Positions 13,398 through 22,661 of a stretch of 52,993 bases of DNA are shown here, piece after piece. The translations under genes were made by a program, and so were the position numbers. The DNA comes from a virus (lineage: Duplodnaviria > Heunggongvirae > Uroviricota > Caudoviricetes), in the IMG/VR virus record IMGVR_UViG_3300019845_000023, positions 69,058-122,050 of that record; one strand, written 5' to 3'. Numbering within the stretch: position 1 is the stretch's first letter; each line of letters starts with the position of its first letter. The notes under the pieces are model-generated. The model was given only the letters and a program-made list of their open reading frames with translations. It did not search any database and had not been told where the DNA came from.

Positions 13398-16040
13398 TTA
13401 ATAATATGTAATTTCAAGCATTATATCTCTATTACCTGTAATTACATCTTCTACTCTTACGCAACTATTCCATTCATTATCGTAATGAAGAGTAAAGTTT
13501 GGAGCACCTTCTGGACCAGATGTAGTATCTGTAATTGAAGTTTTATTTGTAGTACCATTACTAATCTATAACCAGAAATAACCTGTTTTAATAACAAGAC
13601 CAGGGCTATTACGACTAATTACAGTATAACGAATTAACATATAATTTTTAGTAGTATCTACAACAACATCTACTTTGTCATGACCACAAATAGTAATAAC
13701 TTTTCCATCATTACCTGCTCTTGCAAAAGTTGCGCCAACAACACTTGCATCGGTAATCATTGGTCGATAAACTCTATCTATCGCACCAGCATCATGAGTA
13801 ACTGAAAATACTAAATTTAAATTAGTCGGTCCAGTAAGGGTAAATGTTGTTTCACCATTATAGTTATCACAAATCTTTGTGCCGCTGTCTCGGTTATAAA
13901 GATTTAAAGCATATGTGGTACTTGAACCACCAGTACATCCTGATAATTTGTAAGTTCCTGCTGGTAAAGCTTCTTTAATTTCAATTGATGCGCTACCAGA
14001 AGAACCATACTATTGACCATTTGTTACAACGTAGACGCTTCCATCCTAACGTTTATAAACAGTATATCCAGTTGCTTCAGTAACAGTACCTAATGTAATC
14101 AAGTTAGAAGAAATATCTGCATTATCACATTTACTCTGTAGCGCCGCAACATCTGCTGCACTTGCTTTATTATTAAGAGCTGCTGTAATAACCTTATTCT
14201 GAACAGGATTTTCAGAAGCTAAACTTAAAGTATCATCAACTGTAATTACAGGAGTTACAGAAGTATATGAACCTTCAACTACAAGTAACATAGGAATATC
14301 AACTGAAGGCTGTTCACCATATGCCTTAAATACGATTGAACCATTATTGATTGCCTGAATAATCATTTTAGCACCAAGCAAACCATTAAGCTGGTTCTCA
14401 GTAATTCCTGCCGCCGGACCAACATCAATAAAGTTTGTTGTATTGATTGCCGCATTGCTATATGTATAATTATATGAACCGTCCTGCTGCTGTACCCAGT
14501 TAGCTGCTGAAAGTACGAAGCTATACTGCTCACTTCTGATTGTTACATCACCCGCATCAACATCTGCGCCCTCACTAAATAAAACAATTAAATGTTTATT
14601 GGCGTTAATTGTTGTACCAGTAATACTAATACCATCAGCACCAGGAGCACCGTCATCACCGTCTGTACCTGCAGGACCAGTCTGACCGTCAGCACCATTA
14701 GTTACTGTGAATGTTGATGTCGTGTTATTACTATAAGTAATAGTGTATGTATTTACAAGGCCAGTTGTATCAGTCTTTGTAACAGAAGTAATACCTCTAC
14801 CGGCAGGACCTGTTGCACCAGTTGCACCATTAGTACCATTTATACCGTTTGTAACTGTAAATGTTGAACTTGAGCCTGATGTGTATGTGATAGTATATGT
14901 ATCAACATTATCAACTGTAGCTGTTTTTGAAATAGAAGCAATACCTCTACCAGCAGGACCTGTTGCACCAGTTGCACCAATAAGTGAAGCTAAGAAATCT
15001 GCTTCTGAACCTTCATTACCTGCATCAAGCCAAATTTCATATGCAGAAGCACCGTCTTCTCCATCCTGACCATCTGTACCATCTTGTCCATTAGTACCGT
15101 CAGTACCATTAGTACCATCAGCACCATTAGTAACTGTGAATGTATCTGAGTTACCATTTGTATATGTAATTGTATATGTATCAACAAGACCAGAAGTACT
15201 GCTCTTTGTAATTGATGAAATACCATTACCGGCAGGACCTTGTAAGTTACCTGCATCAATAAATCCATTTACTGCCGCGGGGTCAGAACTGTTGGTGTAA
15301 ACCCAAAGATGTCCGTTAATTACATAACAATCACCCATCTGCTGACCGCTTGAAGGAAGATTACTTGAACTTGAAAGCTCTCCCTTAATGATAACTGATG
15401 TACCATCTGCGCCCTTTACAACACCTGCATCAAGTGATTGGTTATTGCTAAGAGTGATGATAAGGTGTCCAGAAGCATTAACTGTTGCTCCAGTAATTGA
15501 AACACCATCAGTACCGTTTGTACCATTAATACCATTAGTACCATTAGTACCGTTTGTTACAGTAAATGTTGTTGTGTTTGTATCGGTAAATGTAATTGTA
15601 TAGGTATCTACATTACCTGATGTACTTGTCTTTTCGATTGAAGCGATACCTACGCCATTTGTTCCATTAGTACCATTTGTTCCGTTTGTACCATTGGTAC
15701 CATTTGTAACAGTGAAAGTAGCGTGTCCACCATTTGTATAGTTAATGGTGTATGTATCAACATTACCCTCTGAAACAGGACCAGTAATAGAAGAAATACC
15801 ATTACCAGTTGCACCCGTTGCACCAGTCTGACCAGTAGAACCTTTAGAACCATTGGTTACTTCATAAGTTGAGGGAGAACCGGTTGTATAGTTTATTTGG
15901 TATGTATCAGTTGCACCTTCAATACCTGGCTAATCGCCGCCTGTACTTGAAAGCCAAACTATAGATTCAATACCTTTTCCGTCTTTACCAGCTGGACCTT
16001 GGCCGCCACCGCCACCATTAACGAAAGGATTAAAACTCAT
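13398..16040 (-). CDS. Collagen-like tail fibre protein, 880 aa
   Basis: GGAGGTG RBS; Gly-X-Y runs alternate with beta-repeat units; includes track ORFs 14046-15338 and 13566-13760 in frame; 4 TAG seen; ends TAA. Confidence 0.85.
14620..15990 (-). repeat. Coding repeat array: about 6 copies of G.GI.SI.KT.T.G.VDTYTI.YT.G...TF.VTNG separated by GXY triplets (GTN/GAT/GPA)
   Basis: Read from the translation; at DNA level recurring ccattagtacc and accagttgcacc units. Confidence 0.85.
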
Positions 16041-16055
16041 TTATCTCACCTCCCA

Positions 16056-16340
16056 TTAATATATGAACCATATTTTTTTAGTACATCCTGTTTTAAAAGT
16101 GACTGAATGTATCATCATATGGTTTGCTCCATCATAAGGGGTAATGAATTGTCCAGTAGATGGAACAATATTTGGAACGCCGTTAATTGTCAACTCTTCT
16201 CCGGCTGACTCTTCGAAGGCAATAAACTGAATTTTGCACTATTGACCTGGAGGAACAGTTCCAGTCAATTCCTTAAAAAGTAAAGGAACAATATTCTCGT
16301 CTGCCTAAGCAGTAATTTCAACACAAGCATACTGTGCCAT
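16056..16340 (-). CDS. Hypothetical protein, 94 aa (absent from ORF track)
   Basis: MAQYACVEITA[Q]ADENIVPLLF...KKIWFIY*; 2 TAG; TAATG overlap with the HPr-like gene. Confidence 0.75.
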
Positions 16341-16588
16341 TAGATTTCCCCTCCTAATTCGTTAAAAATTTCTTTTATTTTATCTAAATCATTCTCATCA
16401 TCAAATACAACAGTTATTACATCTCCCATTTTATACTAAGCACTTAATATGCCAATGAGAGATTTACCGTTAATAACTCTTTCACCAGACTGAATATGTA
16501 TTGATGAATGAAGTTGACTTAAATCCCAGTTTAACATAGTAGCTGTTCTTGCTACAATATCTCTATTTAATTTATATTGAAGTTTCAT
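16340..16588 (-). CDS. HPr-family phosphocarrier-like protein lacking His15, 82 aa
   Basis: DIVARTATML aligns to HPr GIHARPATVL, and NGKSLIGILS to NLKSIMGVMS (Ser46 kept); GGAGG RBS; one TAG at codon 51. Confidence 0.8.
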
Positions 16589-16607
16589 TCTCAATTCCTC
16601 CTTTAAT

Positions 16608-16636
16608 ATAATAACATTCTGTACAACAATAGTCAA
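16608..16636 (-). promoter_or_regulatory. σA-type promoter (leftward, HPr-like/fibre operon)
   Basis: TTGACT-N17-TATTAT with TG extension. Confidence 0.7.
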
Positions 16637-16664
16637 CATTTCGATTACAATAGCAATTAAATTG

Positions 16665-16693
16665 TTGACTTTTTACCTCAATTATGTTATACT
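16665..16693 (+). promoter_or_regulatory. σA-type promoter (rightward)
   Basis: TTGACT-N17-TATACT with TG extension; back-to-back with the leftward promoter. Confidence 0.75.
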
Positions 16694-16723
16694 TAGATGA
16701 AAATAAAAAATGAGGTGAAGAAA

Positions 16724-17665
16724 ATGAATGTAATCACAAAAGCTTTGCTCGAAGCAAAACTTGAACATCATAATCTTAACTTGTTCTATCCTATCGGCTA
16801 TGGAAATGAAGCCGAAACAAATATGAGAATAGAACAAAAAATAAGCGAGTTCCTTAACCGATATGGCAAATATGCAGAAACTCATACATTTGTTTTAGAA
16901 TATCACGACGATATCATAAGTGCTATGTGTTACAGAATGTTAAAAGCTATATCTGCTATGTCTACACCTATTAATTTGGTCATATATGGCAAGCGCCGCA
17001 AGACCAAAGATATTGTGAGGGGAGTAAAGAGAATCGGCAATTACCGATTGAAGAAATTAATGAAGCAAGAAAAAGCTATCTATATTTCTCCCTTTAATCC
17101 TCTATATAAAGTAACTGACTCTAAGGACATCTTCAGAGATTTCCCTAATGTTACTTGGTATCCAATGAAAGAATTTACTCCGTATCAATTGAAGGCAATT
17201 AGATTATTTTATCATCTTGGATATATTAAGAATGATATAATTGAAAATGATACTATTATAAATAATCTTCAGCATTGGTGTGAATGTAGCTATTCAATGG
17301 AAAATCACGCTTGGGAAAATATGAGCTTCCACTTTAATGACAATATTATTGAACCTTATGAGAGAGACATAATAGTCCTTTTCTTGACTCCTTCTCTCGA
17401 AAAGAATACAATATTATTGAGGGAAGTTGAGAAAACAGATTCGATTGTGCTCTACAAGTTCCCTGACAATGTAAGTGATGAAATACACGATAAAATAATT
17501 GACCAGCTCAGACAATATTCTATCTTTATTAAGAGTCATTCAAATGCTTACGGCTATTTAAATGACATTGATAAAGGAATTACTATTGAAGAATATCAAG
17601 AATTTTTCGGCAGTCATATAACTATATTAAATGAAAATAGCATAAAGGAGGAAGAAAATGTTTGA
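16724..17665 (+). CDS. Hypothetical protein, 313 aa; weak resemblance to a degenerate NAD-synthetase/PP-loop fold
   Basis: GAGGTG RBS favours ATG 16724; no TAG; product speculative. Confidence 0.7.
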   Translation: MNVITKALLEAKLEHHNLNLFYPIGYGNEAETNMRIEQKISEFLNRYGKYAETHTFVLEYHDDIISAMCYRMLKAISAMSTPINLVIYGKRRKTKDIVRGVKRIGNYRLKKLMKQEKAIYISPFNPLYKVTDSKDIFRDFPNVTWYPMKEFTPYQLKAIRLFYHLGYIKNDIIENDTIINNLQHWCECSYSMENHAWENMSFHFNDNIIEPYERDIIVLFLTPSLEKNTILLREVEKTDSIVLYKFPDNVSDEIHDKIIDQLRQYSIFIKSHSNAYGYLNDIDKGITIEEYQEFFGSHITILNENSIKEEENV

Positions 17666-18161
17666 TATAAAAATTTTTATAGTAAATGGATAGGGCGGCT
17701 CAGGTAAAACTACTTTTGAGAATTTTGTAGCTTAGGCTTGTGAAGGCGATGTCGCCGCCGTCTCAATGATTGATTATACAAAGCAATGTGCCGCCAAGCT
17801 TGGTTGGAATGGAGCCAAAGAAGATAAGGACAGACGTTTTCTTAGTAATTTAAAAGATGCTCTTACAGCTTGGGATGACAGCCCATTCCTTACCACTTGT
17901 GCTATGGCTCATATGGCAATTAAAGAAGGTTGTGAAATTGTCTTTATCGACGCAAGGGAGCCTGATGATATTGACAGATTAAAGGAAGCATTTAGTTGCC
18001 TTACAGTCCTTGTAAAAAGAGGAGGTCAGAAAGACTATGGAAATCATGCTGATGATGACGTTTTTAATTATAATTATGACATCGTTATTGAGAATAATGG
18101 AACGCTCGATGAACTTCGTGCTTCGGCAGAAGAGTTCGTCAAAATGACGAAAGGAGAATAA
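17658..18161 (+). CDS. P-loop nucleoside monophosphate (dNMP-like) kinase, 167 aa
   Basis: Walker A NG[Q]GGSGKTT is present only if TAG 17691 and 17733 are read through; VFIDARE and DIVIENNG motifs; GGAGG RBS. Confidence 0.85.
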
Positions 18162-18162
18162 T

Positions 18163-18669
18163 ATGATATTAAATTATTACACTGATGGCGCCGCAACAAT
18201 GAGAAAGGTCAACAATGAATATGTCCGTGAAGCTGGCGGCTGGGGCGTTATTTGTCTTGATGAGGATATGAAAGAATATAATCGTCTCTCTGGCGGCGAG
18301 AAGGAAACCACAAACAATCGTATGGAGTTAATGGCTATATGGAACGCCCTCAATCTTGCGGAATATGAGACTCGTTTTGAGAAAGGTCCATGCACAGTTA
18401 ATATCTATTCTGACAGCGCTTATTGCATAAATATCTTTACTCAATGGATAAAGGGTTGGATAGCAAGAGGTTGGAAGAAAGCAGATAAAAAGCCAATCGA
18501 AAATCTTATTCTTATTCAGCAGATATGGGACAAGATGAATCAAGTTGCAGGTGAAGGCTCATTTAATTCTGTTAATTTTATTAAGGTAAAAGGACACGAT
18601 GACGTTTACTGGAATAATGAAGCAGATAAATTAGCTGTCGCCGCGAAGGAGGAGATAGCCAATGGGTAA
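18163..18669 (+). CDS. rnhA: Ribonuclease HI
   Basis: YTDGA, TTNNRMEL, IYSDSAY, KVKGH, NNEADKLA. Confidence 0.92.
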   Translation: MILNYYTDGAATMRKVNNEYVREAGGWGVICLDEDMKEYNRLSGGEKETTNNRMELMAIWNALNLAEYETRFEKGPCTVNIYSDSAYCINIFTQWIKGWIARGWKKADKKPIENLILIQQIWDKMNQVAGEGSFNSVNFIKVKGHDDVYWNNEADKLAVAAKEEIANG

Positions 18670-18958
18670 TATGTTTCATCCCGATTTATTACCAGAGTCA
18701 AGCGACCCAGAAGGTTCAAAAAGATATGAAGCTACAATCTTTGTTAATTACTTCCCTGCTGAAAAAGAGGGCGTAAAACATATTGATTTAATATCTACTA
18801 ATAAATTATTTATTGTTCAAGCATACGGTCCTGACTTCAAAAAAATATCATCAAGTGTATTTGATGGTATCGTTCTCAAAGAAAAGAATGGTAGTTATTC
18901 TTGGTGGAGACATATAAAAGCAAAATATCGTTATCCAATAATTAAATATGAAGATTAA
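18662..18958 (+). CDS. Hypothetical protein, 98 aa
   Basis: GGAGG RBS, overlaps rnhA, stop directly before a terminator. Confidence 0.7.
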   Translation: MGNMFHPDLLPESSDPEGSKRYEATIFVNYFPAEKEGVKHIDLISTNKLFIVQAYGPDFKKISSSVFDGIVLKEKNGSYSWWRHIKAKYRYPIIKYED

Positions 18959-19002
18959 GTCAAGAGTAAAATCTTGACTTTTCTTTTTATTTGTGCTATA
19001 AT
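18957..19002 (+). promoter_or_regulatory. Composite terminator hairpin plus σA promoter
   Basis: AAGTCAAGA-gtaaaa-TCTTGACTT then T-tract; TTGACT(18974)-N17-TATAAT(18997). Confidence 0.85.
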
Positions 19003-19033
19003 TATAATATAAATGAGAAAGGAGTAAAGCTTA

Positions 19034-19339
19034 ATGAGCTGTATTAATTGTGAATATGCAAGAAGAGCAGAAAATAAAGAATATGTAGGTTGCTGCTTAC
19101 TTGTAAAACTTTCTTATGCGCATCCTGCGAGATTTGCTTATGAAGGCGACCAGTTATTTGACTTCTATGAAAAAGACAGTATATGTACTGGCTGGGTAAA
19201 TTTAAGTTATAGACCAGATGAAACAGGTAAAGAAGGAATGATAACAAACTATATTCCTTGTTTTAAGAAAGATGACGTTTGTAAACATTTTAAAGAAAAA
19301 GGATATACAGGAGGATTATTAGATGAGTATGATTATTGA
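19034..19339 (+). CDS. Cys-rich hypothetical protein, 101 aa
   Basis: AAGGAG RBS; CxxC...CC...C pattern. Confidence 0.7.
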   Translation: MSCINCEYARRAENKEYVGCCLLVKLSYAHPARFAYEGDQLFDFYEKDSICTGWVNLSYRPDETGKEGMITNYIPCFKKDDVCKHFKEKGYTGGLLDEYDY

Positions 19340-20453
19340 TGGTATCGACTTTGAAAATCTTGAGGCGGAGAAGTATTGGTCTTTCCCCAAGACATACAAG
19401 GGTGATAAGCAGGCGGACACCAAGAATATGATTATGTCTGGTAATTATATTGGTGCAGAGAAAAAGGACGGACATTATGCTCGTTTCATTAAGGATATGG
19501 ACGGCAATATGAGACTTCAGGGAAGAAGCGAGAGCGTAAATGGCGGCTATCTTAATAAGATAGAATGGGTTCCTCAGTGTCAGGATTTCTTCAACAGCCT
19601 TCCTAACGGAACAGTTCTTCTTGGAGAACTTTATTTCCCTACACAGCGCGGTTCTCGTAAGGTTACTACAATTCTTGGTTGTTTAAAGGATAAAGCTCTT
19701 GAACGTCAGGAGAAGGGCGAAAAGCTTCATTACTACGTTTTTGATATATGGGCATATAATGGTAAGTCTCTTCTTGATACTCCATTCCAGACAAGAATTG
19801 AGCAGTATCTTGATTATGAAATACTTGACCTTTTTAAGGGCGAAGATTATGTAGAAGATGCTTGCTACTATGAAGGACAGGAGCTCTGGGATAACCTCGG
19901 TAAGATTCTCAATGAAGGCGGCGAGGGAGTAGTAATTACTCAGAAAACTGCTAAGGCGGCACCAGGTAAGCGTACTGCTCGTAAGACATTAAAGGTTAAA
20001 ATGGAAATTGAGCAGACTATTGATGCTTTCCTTGACGGAAATTACAAGCAACCAACTCGTCTTTATAATGGTAAAGAAATAATGACTTGGCCCTATTGGG
20101 AGAACGAAAAGACTATGGAAAAGTCTAATATTAACCGTTACAAGGATTACAATGACGGACTTCCTTGGGTTCCTGTTACAAAGCCATATTACTATGGTTG
20201 GGCTTCTGCCGTATCAATTTCTGTTATGAAGGACGGTAAGCCATTCCATATTGGCTGGATAAGCGGTATTACAGATGAAATGAAGGAAGGTATTATCAAG
20301 ACTCCTGATAAGTATATCGGTAACGTTTTTGAAATAACCTGTATGGAAGTTGAGAAAATCGACGGCAATTATTCACTTCGTCACGGAAAGTTCGTTGCGC
20401 CGCGCCCCGATAAAAATGCTAAGGATTGCACCTTCGACCAAATAGACTCTTAA
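19323..20453 (+). CDS. ATP-dependent DNA ligase
   Basis: Motif I EKKDG, LGELY, YYVFDI, EGVV, LKVK, SLRHG; no TAG in 376 codons. Confidence 0.88.
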   Translation: MSMIIDGIDFENLEAEKYWSFPKTYKGDKQADTKNMIMSGNYIGAEKKDGHYARFIKDMDGNMRLQGRSESVNGGYLNKIEWVPQCQDFFNSLPNGTVLLGELYFPTQRGSRKVTTILGCLKDKALERQEKGEKLHYYVFDIWAYNGKSLLDTPFQTRIEQYLDYEILDLFKGEDYVEDACYYEGQELWDNLGKILNEGGEGVVITQKTAKAAPGKRTARKTLKVKMEIEQTIDAFLDGNYKQPTRLYNGKEIMTWPYWENEKTMEKSNINRYKDYNDGLPWVPVTKPYYYGWASAVSISVMKDGKPFHIGWISGITDEMKEGIIKTPDKYIGNVFEITCMEVEKIDGNYSLRHGKFVAPRPDKNAKDCTFDQIDS

Positions 20454-20495
20454 AAATCTATAAGAAGTTGAGTACGAAATCACTTAATCTTTAGA

Positions 20496-20525
20496 GGAGA
20501 GACTTTATGTCTCTCTATTTTTTTT
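20496..20525 (+). terminator. Intrinsic terminator after the ligase
   Basis: GAGAGAC-tttat-GTCTCTC followed by a long T-tract. Confidence 0.7.
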
Positions 20526-20540
20526 AAGAGGTGAGTGGTT

Positions 20541-21386
20541 ATGAAAGAGTATTTTCTAACTCCGATAGAAATTAAGGAGCCTCCACGTCATACACAGATT
20601 CATCCTCGTTGTTATACTTGTAAGAAATTCCCTGTTTGTAATCTTAGAGAAGATTACTTAAAAACTGCATTACTTATGCAGAGAATACTTGGTGACCCAT
20701 AGGACGATAGAGAATTGGGTTACTACAATAGCTCTTGGGGCAGAGTGCCTGGATACAAGGGCTATAATTTTGAAAACCCAGGCGAATACTTCCCAGAGAC
20801 TATTACAACAGAAAAGAATACTGGTACTTTCAAAGAAGCTAAGTACCGCAACAAAGATATAGTTCAGTTCATTTATGATATTGAAGGTTACTTTGTTTTA
20901 TTCAATGCTGTATATGATTAGGACGACGGAGTATTTGACTTCAGCGAAGGAAGGGAAATCTATTACGGATTAAAGTATACTCTTAGCGATGACTCTATGG
21001 TAGAGCTTGCCGTTGGTCTTGAATCTTGGCGTCTCGAAATGATAGCACACGAAGAGGATTCAAAAGATTTGGAGGTCATCAACACAACTTATTTCTCCGC
21101 AAAATTAGAATGTGATTTCTATGAATGGGAGAAAGGTTTGACAGAAGAAGAAGGAATCAAGCGTATGATTGCTTTCTTCCCTAACGGTATTCCTTGTAAG
21201 GATGGTACTTATTACCATTTAGCTACTTTCCACATTGAACCACATAAGGTTCCTTGCTATCACCCAGAAAACGGAAAAGTTGCATTTGCTCCTATGCCTT
21301 ATCCTGTATTTATTCCTCCAAGATGTAAAAAAGATTTACCTCGCCCACCAAGAAGAAGAGGCGACATTTGTGAATCAGATTTCTAA
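20541..21386 (+). CDS. Hypothetical protein, 281 aa (N-terminal CxxCxxxxxC)
   Basis: GAGGTG RBS; track ORFs 20715-20921 and 20997-21386 in frame; 2 TAG. Confidence 0.75.
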
Positions 21387-21783
21387 AGGGGAACAAAAGT
21401 TAATTAACTTGTTCCGCCGCGGCGGGATACATTTTGAGCGAGAAGTGTCTTTTGAGGATTTACACGGAAAAGGACAAACGTTACTTCGTTTTGATTTTGC
21501 TTTATATCGTAATAATAAAATATGTTGTCTGGTAGAATATGACGGAATACAACATTTTCAATATACTCCACATTTCCATAAAAATCTTGCTGGTTTTAAG
21601 AAGTAGCAAGAATGGGATAGAAGAAAAAATAGTTATTGCTTAATGCATAAAATTCCTCTTATTCGAGTTCCATATTGGGATTTAGAAGATTTAACCCTAA
21701 AGAAGGTTTTATCTGACCCCTCTTATTAGGTTAAAAGCAAATATCATATAGATGATTTAAAACGACAAGGGGTGAGAAAATGA
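21370..21783 (+). CDS. PD-(D/E)XK/Vsr-like (DUF559/DUF2726-type) endonuclease, 137 aa
   Basis: SKGE..., LRFDF, VEYDGIQH, KK[Q]QEWDRRKNSYC, IPLIRVPYW; GTG start after GAGG; 2 TAG. Confidence 0.8.
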
Positions 21784-22253
21784 GCGAAGTATTAATAGCA
21801 GCTATTTTTGCTGGATTAGGTGGTTTAGTAGGCGCAGTCGGAAAAGTTATTGTTGATGTAATTCGAGCCAAGCACGAGCCTGATTAGGCAGACTTGGAAT
21901 TAAAAGACGAACTACAGCGTGAAAAAGAAAAGAACGACACGGCAATCGCAACTTTCACAGACTTCGGGAAAGACATCAAGAAATGTGTGGAAGATATGAA
22001 AACGGAAATGAATTAGAAATTTGAGGATATGAATGAAAAGATTACTGATTACAGAGAAGAAACTCGTAATATAAATAAATCTGAATTAAGACATTCAATT
22101 ACTCAAATTTATTATGAACGCAAAGATGCAAAAACCCTTGACCTCAGAACAAAAGATGACCTTTGTTCTTTATATGAAGCGTATAGTTCAATCGGTGGCA
22201 ATTCATTTGCACACGAGCTGTATGAAGAAATGATGAGTTGGGACGTCAAATAA
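21780..22253 (+). CDS. Membrane-anchored holin-like protein, 157 aa
   Basis: N-terminal hydrophobic helix, coiled-coil middle, C-terminal YEAYSSIGGNS motif seen in phage proteins often annotated as holins; 2 TAG; ATGA overlap. Confidence 0.65.
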
Positions 22254-22254
22254 T

Positions 22255-22287
22255 AAAAGAGTGGCCACGGCGCCACTCTTTTTTTAT
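22255..22287 (+). terminator. Intrinsic terminator
   Basis: AAAAGAGTGGC-cacggc-GCCACTCTTTT plus T-tract. Confidence 0.85.
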
Positions 22288-22376
22288 ACTTTAACCTGAT
22301 TTTGATAAAATCATTTCTAATTTATTAGATGAACTTGTTGTCAATTTTACTTGTTATTACACTCCAAGTGAATAAT

Positions 22377-22405
22377 TTGACTTTTACAAATTTTTGGAGT
22401 ATAAT
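22377..22405 (+). promoter_or_regulatory. σA-type promoter of the nrd operon
   Basis: TTGACT-N17-TATAAT. Confidence 0.8.
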
Positions 22406-22442
22406 ATTTATAGAATAAATTAGAAAAGGAGTGAGTGCAAGT

Positions 22443-22661
22443 ATGGAAAGTATTACATTGTATTCAACAGGATGCCCAAAGTGTAATGTTCTTGAAAAGA
22501 AATTAACTGCCGCCGGCATTGAGTATGAGGTCGTAACTGACGAGAAAGTCATTGCAGATGTATGCGATACTATTGGTACAGATTTTCTTCCTATTTTGGA
22601 AGTAAATGGTGAATATTATGATTTTGCTGCGGCAATAACATGGGTAGGTGAAAGAAGCTAA
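22443..22661 (+). CDS. nrdH: NrdH-like glutaredoxin/redoxin
   Basis: LYSTGCPKC; about 72 aa; directly upstream of nrdD. Confidence 0.8.
   Translation: MESITLYSTGCPKCNVLEKKLTAAGIEYEVVTDEKVIADVCDTIGTDFLPILEVNGEYYDFAAAITWVGERS

Noticed and set aside
14620-15990. CRISPR-like or non-coding repeat array
   Set aside because: The repeats keep frame and encode collagen/beta-repeat units; there is no constant repeat with unique spacers
325-16588. Pseudogene decay or frameshifts as the cause of the fragmented ORFs
   Set aside because: All fragments of each gene are in the same frame, interrupted only by TAG and never by TAA/TGA, with intact RBSs, motifs and gene overlaps
5050-20500. Possible late-promoter motif ACTTA(N1-5)AGAG (5052-5064 -, 12577-12591 -, 20483-20497 +)
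   Set aside because: Only three loose, AT-rich matches with variable spacing; not distinguishable from chance without motif discovery on the whole genome
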